Shown one piece after another: positions 44,267-58,739 of a stretch of 64,000 nt of DNA. Below the pieces are notes generated by a model that had not been told where the DNA came from, did not search any database, and was given only the letters and a program-made list of their open reading frames with translations. The stretch is from NCBI RefSeq assembly GCF_009914755.1, contig NC_060928.1. One strand, given 5' to 3'. The DNA is from the human T2T-CHM13v2.0 reference genome, Homo sapiens. Within the stretch, counting starts at the first letter, position 1. Each line of letters opens with the position of its first letter. A program made the translations under genes and the position numbers.

Positions 44267-44834
44267 TGTCAGAGGCTTGTGAACCAGAGCAACCCTATCT
44301 TAAATAGGAGCTGGGTAAAATGAGTCTAACCTACTGGGCTGCATTCCCAGATGGTTAAGGCATTCTAAGTCACAGAATGAGATAGGAGCTCAGCAGAAAA
44401 TACAGATCATAAAGACCTTACTGATAAAACAGTTTTCAGTAAAGGAGCCGGCCAAAACCCACCAAAACCAAGATGATGACAAGAGTGACCTCTGGTTGTC
44501 CTCATTGCTGTGCTCCCACCAGCACCCTGACAGTTTACAAATGCCATGACAACATCAGGAAGTTCTGCTATATGGTCTAAAAAGGGGAGGCATTAATAAT
44601 CTACCCCTCATTTAGCATATCATCAAGAAATAACCATAAAAATGGGTAAACAGCAGCCCTCGGGGCTGCTCTGTCTATGGAGTAGCCATTCTTTTATTCC
44701 TTTACTAAGTAAGTTTGCTGTCACTTTGGACTGTGAACTTGCCCTGAATTCTTTCTTGTGTGAGATCCAAGAACTCTCTCTTGGGATCTGGATGGGGACC
44801 CCTTTCCTGTAACATATTTCTTTGTCCTGTGACA
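44267..44834 (+). mobile_element. 3' LTR (MER41A-type)
   Basis: Homologous to 38069-38906; ends cctgtgaca. Confidence 0.92.
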
Positions 44835-45527
44835 AAGATGTTGAATATATTCAAACTTTGCTCTTTAAAAAAAAATAGTATTCAAATGACTCACAATATT
44901 AATACAGAGCTCTTGAAATGGACAGTTCGGAAATGCTAGTTTTTGACAGGTGTGGGAGATTATCCATCCCTTTGACGTGGGTGTAAATCTATGGCAGAGT
45001 TTGTGTTGGTCTTCAGGGGTGTTTCTGTGAGGACAGAATCAGAGCATGGATGAGCGAGGCATGTCACAGCCCCAGCCACTAAACCCTGAAAGGGATTCAG
45101 ATGTCTGCAGGGGCAAGAAAGGAAAAATCATAGAGGAAGGAGACATTATAGCAAAATGATTTATTTTTCACAAAATATAGATGTGAGAGTACTGGACAGT
45201 TGGCCAAGGGAAAGTTAAAGACTTGGTGCCCGGAAGTGACTCTCTAAATGCTGTTGAGTGTAGGAATTAAGTAGACGATCACTGAGAGAAGATGTCACCC
45301 AAGCCAACAAGGAATCAGCCCCTCCCTGTACAGGCCCCCTCCCCTTTATAGATCTAAAAATCGGACAAACTCTGGCTGCCTCCCTGCTTGACTTCCTCTC
45401 CATCTGAGGTTCAAAACTAAGGGGACTAATCCTTGGAAAGTAAGATTGGAGAGAACCTTGAGGATTATCTAATCCATATCCTCTTTCTAAGGAAAAGCAC
45501 ACCCAGTTATCGTAATTAAGGGAAAAT

Positions 45528-46438
45528 TGCTGATGAAAAAAAGCCAAACTCTGTAAAAGATTTAAAGAGGTTTATTCTGAGCCAATATGAATGGCCATGG
45601 CTCGGGGAACAGTCTCAAGGGAGTCATGAGAAAGTGTACCCAAGGAGGTTGGCTCACAGTTTTGTTTTATACATTTTAGGGAGACAGGGGTAACAGGCAA
45701 AGACATAAATCAACACACGTAAGGTATACACTGGTTTAGCCCAGAAAGTTGGGGCATCCAGAAGTGGGGATAAGGAGCATTGGGGGCTTACAGATCATAG
45801 GTGGATTCAAAGATTGTCTAATTGGCAATTGGTTGAAAGAGTTAAGCTTTGTCTAAGACTTGAAGTCAATGGAAAAAATTGCCTGAGTTAAGATAAGGGG
45901 GGTTGTGGAAGCCTAGGTTCTTGTTATGTAGACGAAGCCTCCGGGTAGCAGCCTTCAGAGAGAATAGATGGCAACTGTCTCTTCAGACCTTAGAAGGTAT
46001 CACTCTTAGTTAATCTCTCTTAGATCCTAATCCCAGCTGTATTAATGGAAATTCTCTGTAGATGCTAATTCCCCCCATGAAAGATGGCTTTACAGGTTCA
46101 TTTAAGAATATGCCAAAGAAATATATTTGGGGGTAAAATATTTTGATTTCCTTCAAGGTCTGCTATCTGTCATGTGATGCTATTCCAGACTGAAGGTGGA
46201 ATTTGGTATCTTATTGCTACACAAAGAATCTTGTTTCATTAGTCTTATGATTTCTATTTTAACGTTAGTGCTGGTCAATTTTGGCTAAACTCCAAAGGAG
46301 AAGGTATAGGAGGCGTGTCTGACCTCCCTTCCAGTCTTGATCTGGAATTCAGTTTTTCAGGTTTCTCCAGGGTCCCCTTGGCTCAGAGTGGCATCTGTTC
46401 AGTCTGTTGGAGGCTTAGGATTTTATTTTTGGTTTACA
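45528..46438 (-). mobile_element. Solo ERV1 LTR, MER4D-type
   Basis: Reverse strand begins tgtaaaccaaaaataaaatcctaagcc, ends ttttcatcagca; perfect 4-bp TSD aaat; 911 bp. Confidence 0.88.
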
Positions 46439-48454
46439 AAATAAAGAAAGAAAGAGCATGGGGGACCAAGATAGAAGGACATCTACAGAGACCTAAGCTA
46501 CACACTCAAAATTCTCACTTTCAGGAAATGTTTGTGTATAACCTGATAGGTTAAATTCATCAATGCTTACAGTCTGGACCCTCTAAAGATGGAGAATCTA
46601 TAGTCAGAATATTCTTAATTTTTTAATATTCTTAGAGCTCACTTCAAAACTGCAGTATCTCTGACGCTACTATGAAATCCCCCTGAAAATCGCATTATCC
46701 CTACATTCAGCCCAAGTCGTGGATCCTGGGTTGATTGACACTGTGTAAAAATAAGCGTCACACAAGCACTGATAATAGGTAGTATTTTGCATTCTGTTGC
46801 TTTATTTTGGTTTTGGAACAAAATCAAATACCTGCCTTCTTTAATTCCTGTGGAACCCGTGTTCTCTTATCTCTGGTCATTTTAAAACTATAGTTCAGGA
46901 CATAGAAATTCCTCCTGCTAAGACAACCAGAGTCTTGAGGGCTCTTAGTGTTTATTATAACCGATCCTGTTTCTGTAGAACAGGATTCAATCTTTGTAAC
47001 CAGCTAGTTATCGCCTTACAGCAGGACTTATTCTTCTTTCTTGACAGTTCAAAGCCTAACCACCCCCTTCCTAAGTGCGGCTGAAAAGACCTTTCCCTGA
47101 AATTTAGTCTTTAGGGCATCCATTGATTTAGAAAGACCCTGGTTCAGGGTCAGAAGAATTGCATAGGAAACAAAAGCTCTTTTTTCTCCCCCTTGCAATC
47201 ATCGGTAAATAAGGCCTTCCCGTCCTTCCACCATGCATAGGTGGAGGCGCAGGACATCAGGAACAGGTGGGTCCAGTTGTGCATTTCAATTCTTGTCACA
47301 GAAGAAGGGGACATGTCCTTGAAAATTATTTTGCCTAGTTTTCACCTGAGTTAAGAAGGAGGACACTGGGAGAGAAAGAAACAGTGGGGATTTAGAGATG
47401 TTTTGATTTCTTTGCTATGTGTGATGCCTTTGTCTCGGAACCTCAATCCTATAAGCAGTGGCGATATTTTTACGGGGCTTCCCATCTTCAATAAATTGTA
47501 TAACGGTAATTAATTCTCACAGCATCCATTTGACTAAAGCGTTATTATCCCTGTATTATAGAGGAGAAAACTGATTTGCCAAACCCCACAAAGAAAGTCA
47601 ATGTCGAAGAAAGGATTATTGCGCAGGAGGGTCTAAAAGTCTAATCTCAGCTCTGAGATGCTTCTTATTGTTAATTTTTTCTGTGAGAGCAGGTGCAGCA
47701 GGGATTTGCCAGGTGACTTCACGGAGGGTGTGTGAACAGGCGGCAGCTCTGCCCTTGCGCAGTCCTCGTGACCGTTCGGCCAGTTTAAGCTGATTAGATG
47801 TGGTTTGTCTCCACACAGCTCTCAACAGAGATATAAAAATATAGGGTGAATTATTGTATAGTGAACATAACCCAAAATTTTGGTCCACCCATTTCCACCT
47901 ACATGAGTTCGAGGTATAGATGTCTTATTTATTGAGTCGACGTATTTTTGCAAAGGTTCCGTAGACTGAAATATTTAGTTTGCATTCTTTTCCATAATAA
48001 CGACTTACTTAACTATAGGTCATTAATCTCAATCCTCCACACTGTAATTCAGCCAAGAATTAGTAAGCAAGCAAAATAAATGTCCCAGCAGTCTCAAATA
48101 TTTCCCACATTCCTCTAAAGTAACAACGCATTGCTCTTTGGAAAAACCACCTAGAGTTGATTTACTACAGGTTTAGATATGGTGATGACAGACTTGCTGG
48201 AGATTCACCAGATAAAGAAACAAATGAAATGAGACGAGAGCAAATCTTCCGAGAGGCCAGCCTGCAGAAACGCCAAGCTGACCCTCTGAGAACAAGGGCA
48301 GAAACAGAACTACGACACATACATAAGAACTCACAAACTTTGTCAAGCTTAGGCCACTGGTTTCCCGCAGAGGCAAGCTGTTGAATTACTACAGGGAAGT
48401 CCTTCATGCCAACACGACACTCAAGTAATGGTTACTAGTCATAATGATAAAACT

Positions 48455-48930
48455 GAATATTATTTATTTGTTGAACGTTTATGGAGCTTCTGGGGCTCTG
48501 ACGGTGAAGAAGACAGACATGGTCCCTACCCTCATGGAGTTTATAATCTAGAGAAGAGAAAAGTCAGTGTGCAAGAACATACATTACTGCAATGATTTCA
48601 GCTTGGGATAGGTGCTGTGAGTGACATGAATGAAGCACCATGAGAGAGAATGGCTGAGTGAGATGGTTTCCTTCAGGTGCAGGGGTTGGGAGCATCAGAG
48701 ACTCGTAGGTACCTGCGGTATGAGTCCTGCAGGATCTGGAAGGGTTTTAAACTGGGGAGTGACAAGGTTTGATTTAAGTTTGTAAAAGACAGTTGATTGT
48801 GAGTTAGTCTTGAGGGTTGAGGAGAGGAGCGTAACCAGGTGGTCAGTGAAGATGGTTGTAACTGGGATGAATATGGAGAAGATGATATGGTTTAATATCC
48901 TCTGGTGGAAACAGACCAATCTTCCAGACA
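48455..48930 (-). mobile_element. L2 relic
   Basis: 'gaagaagacagacatggtccctaccctcatggagtttataatctag...gagtgacaaggtttgatttaagttt'. Confidence 0.7.
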
Positions 48931-48934
48931 TAAT

Positions 48935-49145
48935 CATAACAAAATAACTAACACTGTTTGAACACAGGTTAGGTGCTGGGCACTATGCCCTCTCAGTCGA
49001 TCCCCCGACAGCCCTGGGAGAGGGAGGTGCTGTCAAGCACAGCTCTGAAGAGGTTAAGACGTTTGCCTGCGATTTCACTACTAATACATGCTATATAGCT
49101 GGGGTTTAAGCTCAGTGGTTTGGCTCCAGAGTTCACGTTCTTAGA
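48935..49145 (-). mobile_element. MIR relic
   Basis: 'aataactaacactgtttgaacac...gaggttaagacgtttgcc...ggctccagagttcacgttcttag'. Confidence 0.6.
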
Positions 49146-50618
49146 CCTGAGATAATTTCCAGAAGATAAGCATTTTGCATTCTCCAATTATACCTGTCAG
49201 ATTTTTGAAAGACAGATAATTCACTTGGGGGAATTCACCCCAAGAAGCCTGATTAGGGCGAGCTATTCTTTACTCTTGTGAGTGAATCAGTAACATGATA
49301 AGAATACAAGTCCCTGCTTTGTTCCTTTTTGGCCGAATATCCTTATTCTCTCAAACATCTTCCAGGAAGCTCTCATTGATTGTACCGCATTTCATTGATA
49401 CATGCTGATTGTAAGAGGAAAATATGTACATTCTGTTAGAAGGCAGGTGCAAAACAATTAAAGAAAAATCAGGACAAAAACACTCCAAGAGCTTGGCCTA
49501 CCCTATTCAGACTTGAGGAGCAGGCCACATTCAACACAAGGCAATTTCCAGCAGTGAATACCCTGTTTTCCTTTGACAAAGGGACGTGTAAATTGAGAAG
49601 TGTGAAGGAATGCCAATTCGGAAATTTGAGCTTTACAAAAATATTTTGGTTTAAATTTAATGAAGGAGCTTTGTATTCTAAAGATTAAAGCATGGAAATA
49701 GTTATCTTTCGAGGAAGGATGTTTCTCCTATTAATGCTTTAAATAAGAATAGCATCTTCTCAAGTATACATACAGGTGTTCTTTCTCCCTACAATGGACC
49801 TGTTAGAGCAAGAGAAAGAATCAGCAACAATGTGAAAGAAACATATAGGGACAGTCTTGCTGGAGGCCAGAATGAGTGAGCAGGGCAAACTGAAAAGGAA
49901 ATGGAAAGAGACTTCAAAGAAAGTAGAAAATGCTAACATCACGGTAGTAGCATGAGAAGAAACTTCTAGGGGAAGCTGGGCTAAGAAAATGTTTGAGCTG
50001 GTGGATAGGTAATTCACACAAGCTACACTTGGTTTTGTACATTGTAGTCTTCTACATTTTTTATTTAGTGTCATAAAGAAAGCATTTTGATCAGGGCAAG
50101 GACGGAGAGGCCTCCTAATTCACAGGAAGCCCTCCCCAGAGAGGAGAAAGGAGATACTCCTGAGATGACAGGAATCCCGGCTTCCACTGAGCCCTAAGGA
50201 GCGATATAGTGTTTGGCATGGCAACAAAAAGATGTCCTTGGCAGCTTTGTCACCTTCAGTGATGACTGTTCAGAGGCAAAGTGGAGTGAGGACGTGTTTG
50301 GATATTGAAAGAGGTGAGTGAGGAGGGTGAGTTTGACTGGGGTCGCATGTTCGCCGTGTTCTACCTCCATCACTTGAAGGAGGCCTGCTTAACCGCAGCA
50401 TCCTGGGCGTGGATGCTGAGTTTCTGAAATGTAAATAAGTGCAGATACGTAGAAAGTCTACCAAATTAAAGCTGAGGTCATTTGACTTTGTATTTGAGCT
50501 CTGAAACTTGCAAGATAATGATTACTTTTAGAGTACATAGACAGAATACCTTGAGATTAAATGGCTATTTCTGAGTTTAAGTCCAGTGGTCTCTAATTTA
50601 TTTGTTGGTTTAGTATTT

Positions 50619-50946
<328 letters not shown>

Positions 50947-51447
50947 TAGTTGGTTAGTTTTTATTGTCGTCTCGTGTAATGGCAGAGTTTCCTCCTGTGT
51001 GCTGGCTCTCCTGAACCAGGTGTGATGGCCATTTTTACACATCATCCCTGTTTAGCAGGAAAGACCATAAGAAACAGGTGCAGGACTTGCCCCTGGGCAC
51101 GTATGAGACATCACACTTGCAGCTTGGGAGCTCTTCAAGGGCAAGTAGTGTGTCTTATTCTTCACGTTGTTCCTGGCATCTGTTACACTGTACTTGCTTT
51201 CACCCTCAGATTTGTGGAAACATTACTTGGCTTTCTCAACACCACCACACAGGCATTCCTTAGGCAGATTTTGACAGAACACCTGCAGTGTGACAAGCAG
51301 TGTTCTAGGCCCTGGGAATAAAGTGGAAATAAAGATCCTTGTTTTCGTGAAACTTTGGTATTTTGCTGGGGTAATGGAGAAGTGAACAGATAAGATAATT
51401 TTAGAGCATAGTAAGTACTCTTTAAAAAAAAAGAAGAGAGATGTTAT

Positions 51448-51745
51448 GGGGCAGGTGTGGTGGCTCACACCTGTGATTCCAGTGCTTTGGGAGGCCAAGG
51501 CAGGAGGATTGCTTGAGGCCAGGAGTTTGAGACCAGCCTGGGCAGCATAGCAAGACCCATTTCTCCAAAAAGTTTTAGAAATTAACTGGGCATGGTGCCG
51601 CATGCTTGAAGTGCTAGCTACTCAGGAGACTGAGGTGAGAGGATGGACCACTTGAGCCCAGGAGTTTGAGGTTGCAGTGAGCCATGATCATGCCACTGCA
51701 CTCCAGCCTGGCAACAGAGCAAGACCTGATCTCTTTTAAAAAATT
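51448..51745 (+). mobile_element. AluJ within an L2 relic (about 51250-52000)
   Basis: 'ggaggattgcttgaggccaggagtttgagaccagcctgggcagcatagcaagaccc'. Confidence 0.92.
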
Positions 51746-53878
51746 ATCAGTCAATCAATCAAAAAAAATTTTTTTAAGGTGTTATGTGTTAGAGGAATAA
51801 GGGAGCTGCTTGACTTGGCTGGTCAAGCACGGCCTCTCTCAGGAGTGAATTTGCACTGAGACCTGAGTAATGAGAAGTCTCCAGCTGGGCAGGGATTTAA
51901 AGAGGGGGCTGGCCAGGCTTAGGCACCAGAGAGCCCACAGATCCAAAAAGAGAGGGTCTTTGGTGTGATCCTGGAACAGAAATATCAGTAACATTGGAGC
52001 AGACACATCATTTTCCACATAAGCACAGAGCATGAGAGGTTTTTGCCCTTTACGGTCAAACCAGATGTCTCTCATTGACCTTTTATCACGTGAAAAGAAT
52101 AGAATTCAAGTCAACTTAAACGGTTATCAGGTAACCATACATGACATCATGTTTTAGTGTTTAAACGGGCAGAACACTCTTTAGGCCTTTCATTCTTCTA
52201 GCCCTCTTGAGATAACATTTGTGATAAGGTGTTGAAAAGAGCATAAGGTTTCCATCAAGCCTTTGACTCGAATGCGAACCTGTCTCCAGAGGACTTGCGG
52301 TGTTACACTTGTTTAAATGCCAAGAATCAGTAAACATTATTATAAACAAATTTTCAATAAAATCATCAAAGGTCTTTTCCCACTGAACGTGAACTAATCT
52401 TGGCCATATTTTTAAGCACTGCTGTCCAATTATTTTAAATAATGTGCAGCACTTAACTATGTTATTTGCCTAGAGGAAATAATGTTTCAGTGAAAATTAT
52501 CAGCTGAATTTTCTTAGGTTATCTGATTTCCTATTGTTTACCTTCTGCTTATTATCTTTCAAAGTGACGTATTTCATATATTTCGTCTGTATGTATATAT
52601 AGAGCTTTCCACTTGGCAAACTTTGATATCTCTCTGCTGGGCATAAAGTCTGCTAAGTAAAATGAAATGAACTCAGCTCTGTGTTGTAAACACTGAACTC
52701 AGCTCAGTCCTGTAAACAGGACTACCTTGTGAAACAGAAAGAGCTGTGTTAATTTTACTTTCATTAATATGAAGGATAGTATGGAAAGAGCAAGAAGCAT
52801 TTATAAAAGGCCTCTTTGGCAATGGCCTTTGATGTCTACGTCTGAACAAAATGTCCTGATGTGAAAATAAAATGGCAATATTAAAACAGCTTTTCTGTGA
52901 GGTCAGGTCCTATTACTTGGGAATGTTTAAAGAAAAAGCATAAACCAGGCAATAATAGGCTTAGAAATTCTGCAGTGTGGTCAGAATAAGATGGAGTTTG
53001 GTGGAATTAGTTTATGTTGAGTATGCAGTGCCAGATTAGATAGCAATGTTAACCAAATCCACAGATTTTTCCTGGGGTGAAAATATCTCATTTCAGAGAA
53101 ACCTTATGTTAGGCAAGTATGTTCACAGAGGTAGAGTTGGGGGGTGGGGGTTGTTGTTTTTTTAATTTTTTTATTGTCTTCTTTTCCATCTGTTTCAGAG
53201 AAACCAGGTATTTTCAAGCACTCTTTAATATGAAACTGTTAAAAAGCAAAATTATACACTACATTTTGGGCTGTGGGTTGCTCAAAGGTAGATGGAATAA
53301 TAAGCTTCCCATTCAGAACAAAGGAATGTTGGTTGCTATTATTGTTTATTTTTATAGCTACTCTTCACTCATAATAGTAGGGCCCTTCTGGCTGTGTTGT
53401 TAGGCTAGACATCTCCTGGGAACAAGTGAATTATCTAAGCAGTACGGCGTTGCCTTATGAAGGGATGACAAAATAGGATAGAGTCCCAGTTCTCTACCAT
53501 ATCCAACTACTGAAGGCAAAACTGCTCTTGTTGCCAGTAAAATCACTACTTTTTTCTTTATTTTACCAAGTGGTCCAGTTCTATCAATAAATGCTGCTCA
53601 GCAGGCAATTTTAAATTCTAAGCACCTGAGGAAATTTTTAGAAGAATCCTTTTATTTAAACAGTAGTGCAAAATTACTTAGATATACTTAGATAACATTT
53701 ACAACTCAGGGAGAGGACAAGGAGTTAGCTGGTGGGACCCACTCCCTACCGCCCTCAACCCTGTTACAGGAATCCTCCATTTCTTGGCCTGGATCCTGTT
53801 TGTTTCTTTTGCCATTGATATTTTTCCATGCAGACCAGAACTGAGAAGTAATTAACTGCCAATAACAAACGTACTAGC

Positions 53879-54192
53879 AGCCAGGCACGGTGGCTCACGC
53901 CTGTAATCCCAGCACTTTGGGAGGCCAAGGCAGGCAGAGCACCTGAGGTCAGGAGTTCAGGACCAGCCTGACCAACATGGAGGAACCCTGTCTCTACCAA
54001 AAATACAAAAATTAGTTGGGTGTGGTGGCGCATGCCTGTAATCCCAGCTACTCGGGAGGCTGAGGCAGGAGAATAGATTGAACCTGGGAGGTGGAGGTTG
54101 CGGTGAGCCGAGGTCTAGTCATTGCACTCCAGCCTGGGCAACAAGAGCGAAATTCCATCTCAAAAACAAAAAAAAAGAAAAAGAAAAAAAAG
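53879..54192 (+). mobile_element. AluSp
   Basis: 'cctgaccaacatggag', 'cattgcactccagcctgggcaacaagagcgaaa'; TSD aaa(c/t)gtactagc; followed by a MIR relic. Confidence 0.93.
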
Positions 54193-57100
54193 AAATGTAC
54201 TAGCTGGGTGAGCTGGGCAGCTTAACCTCTTTGAGTTTCTGTTTCCTTGTAAAATGGAAATAGTACTAAGAACTATCTGCTGGGGCTGCTGAGTGCATGG
54301 TCCATAATAAACCCCAATCAACATCAGCTTTGGTTGGTATGATGATGAAGGTGACTATCATAAAGGAAATGAGATGTGTCTGGAAGTCACATATCCTGGG
54401 CCTACCTCACCACTGGCTTATCACATGCCCTTTCCCAGTGCCTGAAGTCCCCAGTGTGCAAAAAAAAAAAAAAAAGGAGGTGGAAATCAGCTCCATCCCT
54501 CTGTGACATTTCGTGATTTGATTAATGAATGCCTCCAGCGCATACAGTGGAGCTGGCCTGTCATCAATAGAGATGAAAATTGGTGGAGCACTAACTGTGT
54601 GCAGCATGGTGCTAGTGTAGGTTTGGGGATAACAAGAGATTTAAGACAAAACCCTATGTCATGCGCTGCGGGCTCCATGTTTTGTGCTGAAACGAACAGC
54701 ACAGGCAGTAAGTGCCACAGAAGAGGAGGCTCTGGACAAGCCCGAGGGCTGCCAAGCTCTGGAGGCTGCGCTTGAAGACAAGAGAAGGGATTGCACACCA
54801 GGTCGGGGCAGGGGCCGCTGCAAGGATCTGGCACGGACCTAAGAGCAGGGAAGGATCTCTCGCAGCACTGCACAAACCAGCAATTCGAAGTTGCTTAGCT
54901 AGCCTATGAAAACCCACATCAGTTACTAAAATGACTGCCTTCCCTTGAGTGATCCGCAGTGTCTTTATTTGCTTTAGCTCTTTCATCAGAGCAAGGTATT
55001 TGGTTTCCTTTTTTCTGTGTGCGCTTTTAAAATATTTTGTTGAATATGACAGATTATATATATGCATATATATGTGTGTATTAATATATGTATATATTAA
55101 GAAAGAGATATATTGCTTATAATATGATTACTTGGAATTATTATTATCATCTTTAGTATAAAATGTCGATCAGTACTCCTCATAGTCTGGAAATGCAATG
55201 AAATGCCTGTATTGGACATACATGTAGATGACATTTTGAGTGCATTGCCTGTTTTCCCACATGCAAGGCAGGGCCCTGTGCCTTGAGACAATTTGATGAA
55301 CAAGCCATCGTTGAAGTCTGGCCTCAAAGAGCTAGCAGTCTATAAAGACAGATACTCGGGTGTACATAATTATTAAATATATAAAAGAAAGTGGGAGCAG
55401 GAAATAAGGATGTAGGTCATGCTCATGAGCCATTTATATAGTCTGTGTTTTCTTTTATTATTATGATTATCTTTTTTAGATTCTTCTCTTGTTCTGTCGT
55501 TCATGGAGTATGCTTTCTGCCCATAGTGGATCGCAGAATAGTCATTTTCTCCATATGCTTTATAATTTTTGCTGTAAACTCATCTTTGGTCACATCCCAG
55601 GAGCTCTGTGGTGTCCCTGTAGAATACTTTTGCATTTGCCTCTGCTGGGCCCTAAGGGTTTCATACCAGTTTTTATTTAATATCTCAATCAAGAGTTCAC
55701 AAGCATTGTAAAAATATTGCCTTGAAACCCACACGTTGCAGACACTTCAGGTTCTCCTCTTTCAAAAAGACTTTCTCCACCAGTGACCTGAGCACCTCCA
55801 TGGCCAGATAATGGAGCCATGGGTAGAATTTTTCCTGAACATTTTCTCAGAGATTGGAGTGTCCTTTTCATCACCAGGTTCATGCAGTGAGAAAATCCAG
55901 CTTCCCCAGTTCCTGGACCCAGTGTGGACATCAAAACTCCTGTCCTTTAAATGACCATTCAGTTGGAGACTTCTTTTGGCCGCTCGACTTTAGTGAGGCC
56001 CCTGCTTTAGGCTCTCAGTTTCCCCCACGGGGTCTTGCTCCCAGAGGTTTTCCTTTTTTGTTTTCAAGGTGGGCCACATAAATTTTTTGATTGCACTCTT
56101 TGAAAAATGTGTATTTTATTCAATATTTCTGTGTGTTCTACATTTTGGGAGGCAGAGACACTGCTTCCAACCAGTCCATCATAGTCACTGGAAGTTATAA
56201 TCACTGAGATTTATATATTCTTGAATAAGGAGGAAAGAGGAACATTGACAGTTTATCTCTTACTCACATAGAATGGAATTCTTTTCAACCAAAATTTTAG
56301 AATAGATAATTTCTATTTTTATGGAAAATCTATTCTTACTAAGTATGAACCTGACTCATGGCATAAAAATAGACCTTTTCTTCTCCTCTTCCTGTTGCAC
56401 ATCAGAAGCCTCATTTCAGTAACCAGATCAGCCTCTGAGTTGGCGCGGTACGGAAAATTGAGTCCCATCCAGACAGACACCTCTGTGCTGATTACATCTG
56501 TGCCACAAACCTGGCGGGTCAATTGGACTTGCCACTTCTCTGGGCATCATCTACAAAAAGGGATCTCTTCAAACCTTGTTAAGCCAACTTTGGAAATCTT
56601 ATGTAAAACAGATAAGAGTGGAGAGGATCTCTTGAATGAGAGTGAAGGTTTTGCCTCTTTGCCAAGTAGCCTCTAAGTTACCAGCAGCAAATCCCCTAAG
56701 GAGCCTCGAGAAGCAGAGTTTGTAAACCACTAGACTAGATACTTCTTTCATGTCTAAAATGACGTGGTTCTGGGAGAACACAGTAGTAGGCAGCACTACT
56801 GATTGTCAGCTGCTCATCTGTCGGGTAATTTCTCCTACAAACTCCTCCTGTTCCCCTTTAATAAAGTAAAAAACTCATTGAGTAAGAGGTTGACTCCAGT
56901 CTCCTTCACATCTTTAAGTTGTAAAGCTATCATTTTTTTCTTTAATAGGGATTATCCAGCCACACTGGGACATATGGTCATCCTATCTTTAATGATTAAG
57001 TGTGACAGCCTTGGTAGAATTTCCTGCAATTTAGAAATATTTAATACTATAATAGCATGCATTTTGTTAGCATTTGTCTATGTAATTGTCACTTTAATAA

Positions 57101-57322
57101 CAGATATATTTAAAGATATTCCCATAGGTTGGACATGAATGAGAAAATAAGACTTCCTTTTTTCCCCAAAGATCTTTTGGGCATTATAAACCCTCTCACT
57201 ATTACATTAAATATAGCCCAACATTGAGAAGAAAACAATACTACCATAGTCTCTTTTCATGTTGAAATTTCAGCTCAAAGGAGCAGAAACCAAGTTTTTT
57301 GTTGTTGGTGGTGGTGGTGGTG

Positions 57323-57448
57323 GTTTTTTTTGAGACAAAGGTCTTGCTATATTGCCCGGGCTGGTCTTGTACTCCTGGGCTCAAACAATCCTCCCACCTC
57401 AGACTCCTGGGCAGCTAGGACTACAGGCACACACTACCACATCTGGCT
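57323..57448 (-). mobile_element. Free Alu monomer (FLAM-type)
   Basis: Single antisense monomer 'gtcttgctatattgcccgggctggtcttgtactcctgggctcaa'. Confidence 0.8.
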
Positions 57449-57509
57449 GTAGAACCCAAACTACTTAATTATAACTCAGATGTGCCAGATTTCTAACATG
57501 TTATAGTAA

Positions 57510-57860
<351 letters not shown>

Positions 57861-58404
57861 TAGTGTGGTAATTATTGTCCAGCAATTAAGTGTTTATTAC
57901 TGCCAGCTGTTAAAAAATCAACAAGAAATATGTGGTTTAAAGCAACATTTAGAAAATGCTTTATAATTCAAATACCAGTGGACCTTGATGAAAAGTCAAG
58001 AAGTCTTACAATGCAGTGCCCTTCCCATAGGCATGCCCAACCCCAAACATTAGGAGGGATGGGCATCTTCAAGGTAATTGCCAAGTTATTTCAAGGACAG
58101 TAGTGAGGATATGGATAGTTATATCAAGTTCTGTGATTTCTTCATTATATTAGTATATGCTTTGTCATGTGCTGTGTTAAAGAAGCAAAGATAAAATTTT
58201 CATTATTTTCTATGTAGAGTTTTGCATTATTTTCTTCAAGAGTAGTTTCAGTGTGTTAATAGCATGTAAATATGACAATCGAAAGTGGCTGTCATCGGTA
58301 AGTGAAAGTAAGTGCGGAGTACCAATGTGCCTTTGCTTGTCTGGAACCTGAAATTTTTGTTAGAAAACTAGAAAAGATACTGGATACAAATTTATGGTTA
58401 AATG

Positions 58405-58739
<335 letters not shown>

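Noticed and set aside
55501-55934. Overlapping minus-strand ORFs suggestive of a processed pseudogene
   Set aside because: No recognisable homology, poly-A tail or TSD.
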